64,000 bases of DNA from contig CM075980.1 of the NCBI GenBank assembly GCA_038087875.1, positions 14,198,001 through 14,262,000 on the forward strand, read 5' to 3'. The DNA is from Malacoraja senta (taxonomy: Eukaryota). This document shows, piece after piece, positions 39,013 through 51,849 of this stretch (positions are counted from its first letter, which is position 1; every line of letters starts with the position of its first letter). A program made the translations under genes and the position numbers. The notes under the pieces are model-generated. The model was not told the origin of the DNA and ran no database searches. It saw nothing but the letters and a program-made list of their open reading frames with translations.

Positions 39013-40037
39013 CAGTACATTCAGAAAGCATTCAGACTCCTTCACTTTTTTCCACATTTTGTTACGTTACAGCTTTATTCTAAAATGGATTAAATTCATT
39101 TTTTTAATCATCAATCTATACACAATACCCCATAATTATAAAGCGAAAACATTAAAATTAAATAACTTAAATATCACATTTACATAAGTATTCAGATCCT
39201 TTACTCAGTACTTTGTTGAGGCACATTTGGCAGCGATTACAGCTTTAAGTCTTCTTGGATATCACGCAACAAGCTTGGCACACCTGTATTTGGGTAATTT
39301 CTCCCGTGTACTCTCAAGCTCTGTCAGGTTGGATGGGGAGCGTCGTTGCACAACTATTTTCAGGTCCCTCCAGAGATATTGGATCGGGTTCAAGTCCGGG
39401 CTCTGGCTGGGCCACTCAAGGACATTCACAGACTTGTCACAAAGCCACTCCTGCGATGTCTTGGCTGTGTGCTTAGGGTCGTTGTCCTGTTGGAAGGTGA
39501 ACCTCTGCCCCGGTCTGAGGTCCTGAACGCTCTGGAGCAGGTTTTCATCAAGGATTTCTCTGTACTTTGCTCCGTTCATCTTTCCCTTGATCCTGACTAG
39601 CCTCCCAGTTCCTGCCACTGAAAGACATCCCCACAGCACGATGCTGCCACCACCATGCTTCGCAATAGGTATGGTATTGGCCAGGTGATGAGCAGTGCCG
39701 GGTTTCCTCCAGATGTGATACTTGGTATTCAGGCCAAAGAGTTCAACCTTGGTTTCATCAGACCAGAGAATCTTGTTTAGATGCCTTTTGGAAAACTCCA
39801 AGCGTGCTGTCATGTACCTTTTACTGAGGAGTGGCTTCCGTCTGGCCACTCTACCATAAAGGCCTGATTGGTGGAGTGTTGCAGATATAGTTGTCCTTCT
39901 GGAAGTTTCTCTCATCTCCACAGAGAAACTCTGGAGCTCTGTCAGAGTGACCATCGGGTTCTTGGTCACCTACCTGACCAAAGCCTTTCTCCCCCGATTG
40001 CTCAGTTTCGCCGGGTGGCCAGCTCTATGAAGAGTCC
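39013..40037 (-). mobile_element. Truncated Tc1 transposon (second family)
   Basis: TA|CAGT end; ORF 39262-39969 with WSDETK, KHGGGS, QDNDPKH and SPDLNPI; other end missing. Confidence 0.9.
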
Positions 40038-40039
40038 CT

Positions 40040-40245
40040 CTCTAGATGCGCCTGAGGGTTGGGGGCTATGCGTGAGTGGATAGGGCAAGGATGGGGTAAA
40101 AGGAGCGAATAATATTAATATAATATCAGGGGGGGGGGGGTTAGTGTGTGTGGGGGGGGTGGTTAGTGTGTGTGTGATGCCGCAGGCCCCCCCCCCCCCC
40201 GCATCCGGGCGTTGAGGGGACGGGACCCAACGGGTCCCACTTGGT
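40040..40245 (+). mobile_element. Helitron 3' fragment
   Basis: Similar to 42410-42640; gggaccc-aac-gggtccc hairpin; terminal CTAG degenerate. Confidence 0.65.
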
Positions 40246-40251
40246 TTATCT

Positions 40252-42640
40252 TCTATCTATCTATCTATATACTTTTAAAACTCTGTGGCTGTCGTCCGTC
40301 CGTGCGGCTGTACGTCCAACGTTCTGCTTGCCGCGCGGCCTTTGACACCGCCCCGCGCCCACACAGCGCGCGGAAAGGCCCATATTTTTGACCATTTCCA
40401 AACAGATTACATTTATCTTTACAAAAAGCCACTCCTGATTAAATTCTGTCCTGTTTATGTACACGTTTTTTTAATAAAATCCATCCCCCCCCCAACCCCA
40501 ATGTGATTTTCTCCAATTGTCTCCGATTTTCTCCGAAAATGACGCCATCTTTTCCCCCCCGATTTTTTCCAAAAACGACGCCATCTTTTTTTCGCCGATT
40601 TTCACCCAGGGGTCTGAAGCACGTTCGGGAACAACACCCCGGGGTGTCATCCATCCCCCCACCAACCCCAATTTGATTTTCTCCCATTTTCTCAAAAAAC
40701 GACGCCATCTTTTTTTCGCCGATTTTCTCCGATTTTTCCCGAAAACGACGCCATCTTTTTTCCCCCGATTTTCACCCAGGGGTCTGAAGCACGTTTGGGA
40801 ACAACACCCCGGGGTGTCAAGCACTTTCGGGGACCAGACCCAACGGGTCTGCACTTGGTCTAGTATACTTTTAAAACTCTGTGGCTGTCGTCCGTCCGTG
40901 CGGCTGTACGTCCAACGTTCTGCTTGCCGCGCGGCCTTTGACACCGCCCCGAGCCCACACGGCTCGCGGAAAGGCCCATATTTTTGACCATTTCCAAAGA
41001 GATTACATTTATCTTTACAAAAAGCCACTCCTGATTAAATTCTGTCCTGTTTATGTACACGTTTTTTTAATAAAATCCATCCCCCCCCAACCCCAATGTG
41101 ATTTTCGCCGATTTTCTCCGAAAACCACGCCATATTTTTTTCCCCGATTTTTTCCAAAAACGACGCCATCTTTTTTTCGCCGATTTTCACCCAGGGGTCT
41201 GAAGCACGTTCGGGAACAAAACCCCGGGGTGTCATCCATCCTCCCACCAACCCCAATTTGATTTTCTCCCATTTTCTCAAAAAACGACGCCATCTTTTTT
41301 TCGCAGATTTTCTCCGATTTTTCCCGAAAACGACGCCATCTTTTTCCCCCCGATTTTCACCCAGGGGTCTGAAGCACGTTCGGGAAAAACACACAGGGGT
41401 GTCAAGCACTTTCGGGGACCAGACCCAACGGTTCTGCACTTGGTCTAGTATACTTTTAAAACTCTCTGGCTGTCGTCCGTCCGTGCGGCTGTACGTCCAA
41501 CGTTCTGCTTGCCGCGCGGCCTTTGACACCGCCCCGCGCCTACACAGCGCGCGGAAAGGCCCATATTTTTGACCATTTCCAAAGAGATTACATTTATCTT
41601 TACAAAAAGCCACTCCTGATTAAATTCTGTCCTGTTTATGTACACGTTTTTTAATAAAATCCATCCCCCCCCCCAACCCCAATGTGATTTTCTCCGATTG
41701 TCTCCGATTTTCTCCGAAAACGACGCCATCTTTTTCCCCCCGATTTTTTCCAAAAACGACGCCATCTTTTTTTCACCGATTTTCACCCAGGGGTCTGAAG
41801 CACGTTCGGGAACAACACCCCGGGGTGTCATCCATCCCCCCACCAACCCCAATTTGATTTTCTCCCATTTTCTCAAAAAACGACGCCATCTTTTTTTCGC
41901 CGATTTTCTCTGATTTTCCCGAAAACGACGCCATCTTTTTCCCCCCGATTTTCACCCAGGGGTCTGAAGCACGTTCGGGAAAAACACCCAGGGGTGTCAA
42001 GCACTTTCGGGGACCAGACCCAACGGGTCTGCACTTGGTCTAGTTAACTATTAAAAGTCTGATCTTGGATGTGTGTGTGTTATCACATCTTCGTGAAAAA
42101 AAGATGACAAAACTTTGAATTTGAGCTGTCGGTCCTCGGGTCAGGTCGTGTCCTCGGGTGGGGTCCTCAGGTCGGATCCACTTTCTCCCCCTCGGCCCCG
42201 CCCCCTCTCTCTCTCTCTTCCCCTCTCTTCCCCTTTTTTTCCCTTTTCCCCTCTCTCTCCCTCTCTGTCCTTCTCTCTCTCTCGCTCTCTCTGCCCCCCT
42301 CTCTCTCTCCCTCTGCCCCTCTCTCTTTCTCTCTCTCTCTCTCCCTCTCCCTCTCACTGCCCCTCTCTTTCTCTGTCCATCTCTCTCTCTCTACCCCCTC
42401 CCTCTCCAGCCACGCCTGCGAGTTGGGGGCTATGTATGAGTGGATAGGGAGGGGGATGGGGTAAAAGGAACAAATTAATAATATTAATATAATCTCAAGG
42501 GGGGTGGTTAGTGTGTGTGTGTGGGGGGGTGGTTTGTGTGTGTGTGTGGGGTGCTTAGTGTGTGACTCCGCAGGCTGCACCCCCCCCCCGCGTAACCGCG
42601 CGTTGAGGGGACTGGACCCAACGGGTCTCACTTGGTCTAG
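40252..42640 (+). mobile_element. Cluster of four non-autonomous Helitrons: three ~590-bp copies ending 40863, 41448 and 42043, plus one related element ending 42640
   Basis: 5' TC start; each unit ends in a GC hairpin followed by cacttggtCTAG|T; no TSD. Confidence 0.8.
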
Positions 42641-42659
42641 TAATACTGTAAATGTGTCC

Positions 42660-43230
42660 TCACAAGACATCCCAATGTCTATAATCAAAACTGCCTGATG
42701 AAGGCCAATGTACCGAAAGCCTTCTTAATTACCCTATTTTGCTGTGATGCCACTTTCACGGAACTATATACCTGTACTTCTAGATCCCTCCGCTCTGCAG
42801 CACTCCCCAGTCCTGTCATTCACTGTGTAGGTTAGGCACTGATTAGATTTTCCAAAAAGCAACACCTCGCACTTCCCTGTATTAAACTTGATCAACCATT
42901 CCTCAGTCTACCTGCCCAACCGATCAAGATCCTATTGCAATTTTTGACAACATCTTCACGAATTACAGTACCACCCACTTTAGTGTCATCTGCAAATTTA
43001 TTAATCATGCCTTGTATGTTCTCATTCCAAATCATTGATATAGATGACAAACAGCAATGGGCCCAGTTCCAAACCCTGAAGCACAGCACTAGTCACAGGC
43101 CTCCAGTCCAAAAAACAACCTTCCACCATCACCCTCTGCTTCTTTCCATGAAGTAATTTTCTATCCAGTTGGCTAACTCTCCTTGGATCCCTTGCGATCC
43201 AACCTTCCAGAGGAGCTGAACATGTCAAAT
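42660..43230 (-). mobile_element. CR1 RT fragment
   Basis: QRVMVEG...LQGLELGPLLFVIYINDL, KFADDTKVGG. Confidence 0.85.
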
Positions 43231-43418
43231 GTTGCGTGAGAAGGAAAGATTTAGATTAAAGGAGAATATCAACGTTGACTGGGCAGAAAAGTGGCAAATG
43301 GAATTTAATTTGCAGAAGTATATGATAATGCACATGGAGAGACTTTAGAGATATTGAGCAGAAACAGGCCCTTCGGCCCACAGAGTCCTTGCCGACCATC
43401 GATCACGCTGCACACTAA

Positions 43419-44124
43419 AGGGCCTGTCCCACTTGGGCGACCTAATCTGCGAGTTTAGAAGAGTTTGCCCTCGACTCAAACTCGCAGCATGGCCGACATG
43501 AGGTCCTAGGAGGTCCTATGAGGTCGCTCGAACTCTCCTTCATTTCCGAGGGAAGTTCCCGAATATTCGCGGCCTCAGCTAGGTCGTGGACAATTTTTCA
43601 GCATATTGAAAAAATTTCTGTGAGTAAAATTTGGTCGGCATGGGTCTTTTTAACTTGTAGTGCAGTGGAGTGGGGTCGCTATTTACTTACAGGCAGCCGG
43701 GCATTTTGATTGGCTCATTGGAGTTTCAGGACCAAGGAAGACCTACCGATAGGTGAAATGGTATAATAACTTTATTATACTTCTTAAAAGTGTCTCCACT
43801 CCTTATCCCCCCCTTCTCCCCCCCCCACCCCCACCCCGTGCTCTCTAAAGGACTTACCGTTACTGTGCAGCCGTTTTACCTTCATCTTCATCGCGCAGAC
43901 AGCGCTCTTCCGCTTTCCCTGGCTCCCGCCTTCGCTATGTGTTTGTGTGTGTGTGTGTGTGTGTGCGTGTGTGTGAGTGTGTGAGGGATCGGTCGATGCA
44001 GCTCGAGGTTTCAACGCGGACGGTCGATCCAGCTCGAGGCTTTTCAGGCGAGTGCCCTCGAGCTGGAAGGTCAAAGACACTCTTTTTAACTCGCCAATTA
44101 GGTCGCACAAGTGGGACAGGCCCT
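43419..44124. mobile_element. PIF/Harbinger-type MITE nested in a tRNA-SINE (SINE ~43343-43418 plus 44128-44330, minus)
   Basis: TIR agggcctgtcccacttg...caagtgggacaggccct; TAA TSD. Confidence 0.88.
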
Positions 44125-45323
44125 TAACATTATCCTACACATTGGGGACAATTTTTACCAAAGCCAATTAACGTCTTTAGTGGGAAGAAACCGGACCACC
44201 TGGAGAAAACTCATGTGGTCACGGGGAGAACTTACAAACTCCATACAGGCAGCATCCTTAGTCAGGATTGAACCCGGGTCTCTGGCGCTGTAAGGCAGCA
44301 GCTCTACCGCTACGGCACAGTGCCACCCTAACAAGGCAAGAGATTACACAATGAATGAGAAGATATTGAGAGTGGTGGAAGAATAGAGATATTGAGAGTG
44401 GTGGAAGAATAGGGAAACCTTGGAATCCATATCCACAGATCTCCAAAGATAGGCAGGACAGGTCAATGCAAGATTTTAAATGTGTAAGGAAATCTATGCT
44501 TCCATTAATGGTCAAAGAATATAGGAGGAGGGAAGTATGCTTCAAAAAAAATGAAGCAAGCCACAACTTGAGTAATGTCTATAGTTCTGGTAGCAGATTG
44601 CAGGAAATAAATAATTGCACTTGTGCAATTGTGGACATGAGGACAGCCAGAACTGTCTTACAGTATTTACAGCAAAATGGTGGTGTGGCTGTCGGGATTG
44701 CTCAAGGCAGTGCATGGCTTAATCTTAATCTTTTGTCCAAGAACTTGATACAATTGTCTTCTTATCAGACCATTCCTATCCAGGTCAATAACTGATTTGG
44801 CTGGATAAAATCTACTTCTCTCATCATTTTAAAATAATCATAATCTTCGGTTTTCTTACACAAGATACCCAATTCTTCATGGCTAAGCTTACAACTAAAT
44901 TTCAAGACTCAAGAGAGAGAGTCAAGTGTATTTTATTGTCAAATGCCCCTAAACGGAACAATCAAATTCTTACTTGCAGCAGCACAACAGAAATGTAAAC
45001 ATAGTACTCTGCTTTTATTGGTTTTGCGGCTATTTTGGTTGTGCGGTTTTGTATATTCACAGGAGTTCTATGTGAAATCGCAGCTGCAAGCATTATAAAA
45101 GTCTGCAGTGTTTTGTGCTATATATTCAACATGGGCACGGCTTAAAAGGTTTTTCTTCCAAATGCTGTCTTTGCAATGTTCATTACGATTCATTGATCAA
45201 TTGTGACCCTTAAATTCTCTTCTTTTTCTCTTAACTCCTGGTATCTAAACGACATGGTGTAAACCTTCCACACAGAAGCAGTCACTTTCTGGGAGACAGT
45301 ATTACACAACCACATATGTTCTG

Positions 45324-48300
45324 TTTTACTTCGGAGTCACGTGAGTGACTACGTGAAGAACCCCGCCAGTGCGCCTGTGCGTCATTACGTCAGACGCCTT
45401 GACGCAAACGGACGCGAGGAGCAGAGCTCCTCCAGTGGTTTGTAGTTTTTACAACTACAAGGTAAGTAGAAACTTTTTAAAGTATTTCCAGGTCCGTTTT
45501 CTGTGGGTCTATGGGATTTTTTCACAGACGCCATGGAAAAAACGGGCAGGGGGAAGAGGCGTGCGATTCAGCCGGCAGAAAGTCGGGAATCTCCGAGTAC
45601 AAGCCAGCCACCTCTAACCCCGGTACAGTCGCCAGCGGTGAGCATAGCGACTGTGGACCTGGGACTGATGAAAACTCAGTCAGCGCCTGTCGGGCGAAAG
45701 GCCAAGTTTAAATCCAGACGGCCCACGGAGGAGGAGTCCCAGGCAATGGAAGCTCCAGGGCTAGATACTGCCTTTGTGCGTATTAGCCAGATGGAAAGCC
45801 TTCTGCATAGGCTATTGGAGCAAAGTACACTCAGGGAGTGTACTGAAATACAAGCTGCTGGAAGCAGCCTAACAGCACCTGGCACAGGGCTGATGGAATG
45901 CACCCTCAGAGATGAGGAGAGTGCTATGGGTCATGAGAGTTCAGACCCCGACTCTGACGGTGAGGCTATACAAGGTGAAGAACTGCAGATACCAGATATT
46001 CCACCACTGGCAGTACGCTTCGCTGCCCCGTCAGGGTCAGGAGAGCCACTAGGAGATGAGCTGGCCTCCTTAATAAATTACTTGGTTTCCCATCAGCTGG
46101 AACAGCAGGAGATGGATGATGCTGCAAGAAAGCATGAGACCCCAAGCAACTGTGTGTTGCTGAAAGAACCAGCAGTGAATCAAATCATCTGGAATCAATT
46201 GAGTATGACTATGAGAACTCAAGAATTAAAATTGCAGAGAATATTAAAGCTGTTGGGTTCTGGAATTACTGCTTTTGCCAGAATAGCAGATAAAAGCCAA
46301 GAGATGACGGAGTTGCATCAGAAAGCACTGGGGTTGCTATGCAGCACCCACTTCGAGATCAATTGTCCGAGGAAATACGGCCTATTATGAATCCGAAATT
46401 CGCAGCACTCTACAAACCAAGTAATGTACAATTACCCAACTTACTCTTTGGAGAGGATCTCAAGAGATGTGTTAAAGAGTTGGAAGATGAAGCGAAAACA
46501 GGATTGATGAAAACATCAATGGTTGTAAAGTCTGTAAAGAGGAATATCCTTTCAGACGTCATACGGATCCTGGACAGGACCAAGTCGCTCATTAACGCAG
46601 GGACGTAGCTGGCGGCCTGCAGCGGGAGCAAGAACCAGTGAGGGTGCTTCCGGGAGAATCCAGGAATCTCAGAGTACTCAAATGACTCAAGAGGTAGGTG
46701 GACCTGGTTCTCATGGGAACATACTAACTGGATTAAGTCCAAAAGTTGGAGGCAGATTATGTCTCTTCTATAAACAATTGGAAGATTACTTCAGATGTGG
46801 TAATTCTGAATAGTATACAAGGATTTCGAATTGAATTCAATCCAAATTATGATTTGCCTGTCCAGCATGTTCCTAGCAGAATTCTCCACTTCTTCGGCAT
46901 GGACTTGAAAGGCCGAGATGGCCTGTTTTCCTGCTGTAATTGTCATATGGTTTGCACAAAAAGAAGTGATGGAGGTTCAAGCTGCGTTTCAAACCCTATA
47001 TATAAAAGGTGTTATTGAAGAATCAGTCTACCAAATTCTCCAATTTGTGTTAAATATATTCCCCCGATAAAAAAAAAAAATTTTTTTTAAAAGGATCGAG
47101 GATGTGGGATTATTCTAGACTTGACAAGTCTGAATCCTTTTGTTTAATTTAAACATTTTAAAAAGAGACATTTGTGACTGCCAAACAACTTATTTCAGAA
47201 GCATGTCATATGGCAACTATAGATTTAAAAGATACATATTCAGTATCTTAAATTTACATGGATGAACCAGTTATGGCAGTTCAAAGCTTTGCCTAATGGG
47301 TTAACGTCCGCTCCCAGAATATTCACAAAATTATTAAAACCAATTCTGGGGTTGCTAAGAAGCCAGGGTCATGTACTAATGGCATATTTTGGATGATGTC
47401 CTGATTATAGGAAGGACAAAACAGTCAACAGAAGCATCTGTGGCAGTTCTGAAATCAACTTTTGAAAGTTTGGGGTTTCTAATTCATCCAAAGGAATCAA
47501 GGTTAACACCATGTACCTCGATTGATTATTTGGGGTTCACAATTGATTCAGTCCAAATGAAAATTACTTTGCCCAGTGAAAAAAGGGTGGAGTTGATTAA
47601 AGATTGCAGTAATCTGGTAAACGAGCAAAAACCCTCAATCAGACAGGTGGCTCGAGTACTGGGAAAATTAGTAGCAGCATTCCCAGCAGTCCAATTCGGA
47701 CCATTACATTATCAACAGCTGAAGAGAGTTAAAGAACAGGCACTGAGAATGCATGTTGGTCATTTTGATAGAACCATGCAACTGACAACAAATGCTGTTT
47801 CTGATCTGCAGTGGTGGATTCTACATGTCTCAAGCAGTTCCAGCAGAGTGCTGATTGAACAAACCTTCCATGATATTACAAACAGATGCCAGTACACTAG
47901 GATGGGGTGAAACTGACTTAGCATCTAGCTGCGGAGGCAGATGGAATCAGGAAGAGTCATTGTTACTGCAGACATGGGCAGTTAACTATTTGGAGTTTTA
48001 GGATGTTTCTATGGGCTCCAAGGTTATTGTTCTAACACAACTAAAAGGCATGTTCAAGTTCAGATTGATAAACACAACAGCAATTGCCTATATTAATGAT
48101 ATGGATGAAATCAAGTCAGGGTCATGTGACAAAATGGCTAATCAACTTTGGACTAGGTGTATTGAAAAGAATATTTGGATTTCAGCTATCTATCTACCAG
48201 GTAGAATGAACACGATAGCAGACACCAGGTCACGAAAGTTCCATGATAAAAAGAATGGATGTTGAATCGAGAGGTATTCAATGATATAGTAATCAGATTT

Positions 48301-50146
48301 GGAATGCCCGTCATTGACTTGTTTACATCTAGACTGAATCATCAGCTATTGAGATATGTCTCATGTGAATCAGATCCAGGAGCAGTGGCGATTGATTCTT
48401 TCTCGCTACATTGGAGTGGTATGTTGTCATATATATATTTCCACTTTTCTGCCTTATAAGCCAGTGTTTGCTTAAAGTCAGGCAAGATGCTGATTCAGGT
48501 GTATTGGTAATACCAGATTAGCCTACACAGCCATGGTATCCGTTGATATTAGAATTAACAACACAAATGTTGATGAAAGTCCCAAAAAGGAGTAATTTAT
48601 TGCTGCACCCTGTAACAGGGAAACAACATCCATTACATGATCGTTTGGATTTGTTGATTTGCAGGTTTAAGAAGGCCTTTTCTGGGGCGAGGACTGTCTG
48701 AGCGTACTGTGGGCATGCTTACGGCAGCCTGGAGGAAGAGCACTCAAAAAAAACCCAGTACCTTTCTTATATTAAGAAATGGGAAAAGTTCTGTGTACAA
48801 ACGAATTTGCAATATAGTACTGCAGATATTTCAAATGTTTAGAAAATCTGTCAAAACTCTATTATGATGAAGGTCTGAGTTGTAGTGCAATTAATTCAGC
48901 CATAAGTGCATTGCCCTCATATTTGGTTCTGGATTCAGAAATAAACCCAATTGGGTCACACCCAATTCTTTCCAGACTAATGAAAGGAATCTTTAATTCC
49001 AAACCACCGAATCCTAGGTACATGACAATCTGGGATGTAAGTGTGGTACTGAAACTACTTCGTGAATGGTCACCTAGTGTGTCTTTACCTTTGGTCAAGC
49101 TCAGGATGAAAGTATTCATGCTTATGGCATGAGTGACAGCACAACGAGTGCAAACACGTGGAAAATTACAAATAGACACTATGGAAGTAACTGAAGACAA
49201 GGTTACATTCTATATCTATGACCTATTAAAGCAAATTAGGCCAGGTGTGACAAGATTAGCTGCATATCCAAATGATCCTTGTCTCTGTGTTAAGACATAT
49301 TTGTGACAATGCATTGAGGTCACAAAGAATTTAAGAAATACGGAAACTGGGTTGTTAATCACACACAAGAAACCACACAAGAGAGTTTCAATACAGACTA
49401 TTTCCTGATGGATAAAAGAAGTCATAACAGCTGCTGGTATTAACACTTACGTTTTTACGTCTCACTCGACTAGGGCAGCAGAAAAGTCGGCGGCCAGGGC
49501 ATAAGACGTCCCCGTCGACCATATCCTCGCAGCCGCCGGATGGTCCAATGAGTTGATGTTTCAACATTTTTACCATCGGCCTATTGTTAATGCGGGATTG
49601 TGTGCAGAAACTATTTTAAGTTCTGTGTAAATTCCTCTGGTTTAAAGGGGATCTGATTAATTTCATTATTGAAATGAATTACTGCATTTGTGGTACAAAT
49701 GTTATTATGAATGCATGATTGATTATTCTCGTTCCGAGTCAATCTATGCAGTGAGAAGCCGGGATTGATCCACGGCATGAAATCACAAAGCTTTAAAATC
49801 TTCACGTAGTCACTCACGTGACTCCGAAGTAAAATAGTAAGATTAAACGAGAACTTACCTAAGTTTGAAGTTTGATCTTTATTTTATGAGGAGTTACGTA
49901 GGTGATTACGTGCCCGCCACGACCCTACCCTCTATCATAAAGGTCAGATGGAAGTTCTTGTATTACTCGTTTTATTATGAGACTATATTACTTCGGTTGT
50001 TGTTTTTTGTGATTTCACACCGCTGCTTTGAAGATTGACGTGCAGGCGCACTGGCGGGGTTCTTCACGTAATCACCTACGTAACTCCTCATAAAATAAAG
50101 ATCAAACTTCAAACTTAGGTAAGTTCTCGTTTAATCTTACTATTTT
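45324..50146 (+). mobile_element. Full-length DIRS1-like tyrosine-recombinase retrotransposon with degenerate ORFs, in PXMP2 intron 4
   Basis: gag-like ORF ~45533-46600; RT (LPNGLTSAPRIFTK, (Y)LDD) and RNase H ~46750-48260; methyltransferase-like (IDLFTSRLNHQL) ~48260-48670; YR (FTSHSTRAA...GW...FY) ~48690-49630; ITR 45350-45384/50036-50070; ICR 49799-49912; TTTT at both ends. Confidence 0.93.
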
Positions 50147-50481
50147 CTGTTACAAAACACACATAGTACATTTTGGGTGCTCCTTAGACAAAACTTTCAG
50201 CAGGTATCCTTCTAGATAGAGATTGGTATGAAGTAGATTAAATAATTATTGGGTTAATGGTTTGAAAACCCTAAGGATTTTTATACAGAATTTAATGGGA
50301 ATAAAAACAAAGTACCGTTTTGTTTTTTCCTCAAGACTCCAGCATCTACAGTTTCTTGTGTCTCCATGTAAAGGGAATAGTTTGTTTCTCATGGTACTGC
50401 AATGCTTTTAGTATGATTATTATGAATGTCAAAACACTATCATGTCTTAATTACTGTTTTTCTTTGCTATTTGGTTTGCAG

Positions 50482-50550
50482 TTCCGAGTGCTGTTTGCAA
50501 ATTTAGTAGCTCTGTTCTGGTATGCATACCTTGCTTCAATCAGAAGATGA
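50482..50550 (+). CDS. PXMP2: PXMP2 exon 5 (FRVLFANLVALFWYAYLASIRR-stop)
   Basis: Protein match; spliced CDS totals 576 bp (191 aa plus stop). Confidence 0.96.
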   Translation, partial: FRVLFANLVALFWYAYLASIRR

Positions 50551-51849
50551 AGCCTCATCATCAATACCCATCACTGCTTGGAATGATTTCTTTCACTCAG
50601 AGAATATCCTTCAAAGAGTAAATGATGGACTTGTCAAAATCCAAACATAATTTTCTATGTATTCCCTAAACATTTAATAGATGGATAATTGTTTTATTTG
50701 AAGAAAAGTGCTTTTGTGGAAACTGGAATTTGCTGTGAAAAACTTACAATTAGCTGGATTTTTTAAACTACTGAACATAAACTAATTCCGCAAACTATTT
50801 TCTACATTGGATTTTTAAGTACAATGGATCTTTAATAATTATACTAAATGGTAGTATTTAATCAAGTATTTAAGTTGAGATTGCAAATTGTAAGAACCAG
50901 GCAAGAATGACAAATGGGTCGGTGTGCCTGTGAGGCAACCTAGCCTATGGGTTGGGCTACCTGTGATAGCTAGCCAATATATACATAAAGAGAAGAGGAA
51001 TTTCTTCTATGAGAGGGTTTAGAATATCTGGAATTCTAGAAAGCTATAAAGGTGGGAACTTCACAGACATTTGGGCCACTGAAGAGTTTGGGCTATGAGT
51101 GAGAGTGGGAAAATAATATGCTGGCAAGATTGGATCAGCCATGCTCTTATTTCCTTATTGAATGGTGGATCAGGCTTAAGAGGTCAATTGGCCTACTGCA
51201 GCTTTTATATTTTGGCATTCATGCAATTTTCAGCTCTTGCAAAATGGAAAATCTTCCTTGCAAAATGCAAACATTTATGAAAATGGCCGTTGAAACACAC
51301 TTCACGTTATTTACTCAACAATTTCAGGATCAAAATGCCAATTGTTTACGAAGTCTACAAATTCTAAGTATCATTCTCAAGAGCTAACGCAAAATGGAAT
51401 TATTGTTTTTCATAAGATGGATTTTCTTATAATTCTTTTATGTTAAACTGTAATTGTCAATGGGGAGAAAGTCCTCACAATGAGTGACTTCAATGTGCTA
51501 GCATATATTAAAGGCTCAAGGAGAATTGATATGTGTATTGTCAAGTGATTTATTTTCTTGGTCCAATAACATGATTATTGAACCAGGACATATCCATTGT
51601 TTTTTAAATTCATTTAACCATCTTATTGTTAATGTAATACCACGTAATGTTGCAGTCTTCCTGAGGTCATTAACTCTCAACTGCTTCTGGAGAAGAAGTC
51701 TGTGTAATCCAATTGCTTTCACTAACCTTTGTGTTTCATGGTTAATTCCTTGATAGTCCAAAGAACAGTGCTGTCCAATTCCGTACTGTGCAGCAGTAAA
51801 TCAACCATTCAAACATCATCTCATGCATCTGCAATGCCATTATATAGAA

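Noticed and set aside
40170-42688. Many overlapping ORFs of 66-192 aa
   Set aside because: By-products of the repeated Helitron units and (CT)n tracts; no recognisable protein
44380-44412. Short tandem duplications (also ~7278-7322 and ~9273-9300)
   Set aside because: Ordinary slippage duplications of 15-26 bp
50551-51520. PXMP2 polyadenylation signal
   Set aside because: No canonical AATAAA seen near the stop; only variants (CATAAA ~50984, ATTAAA ~51507), so the 3' end cannot be placed
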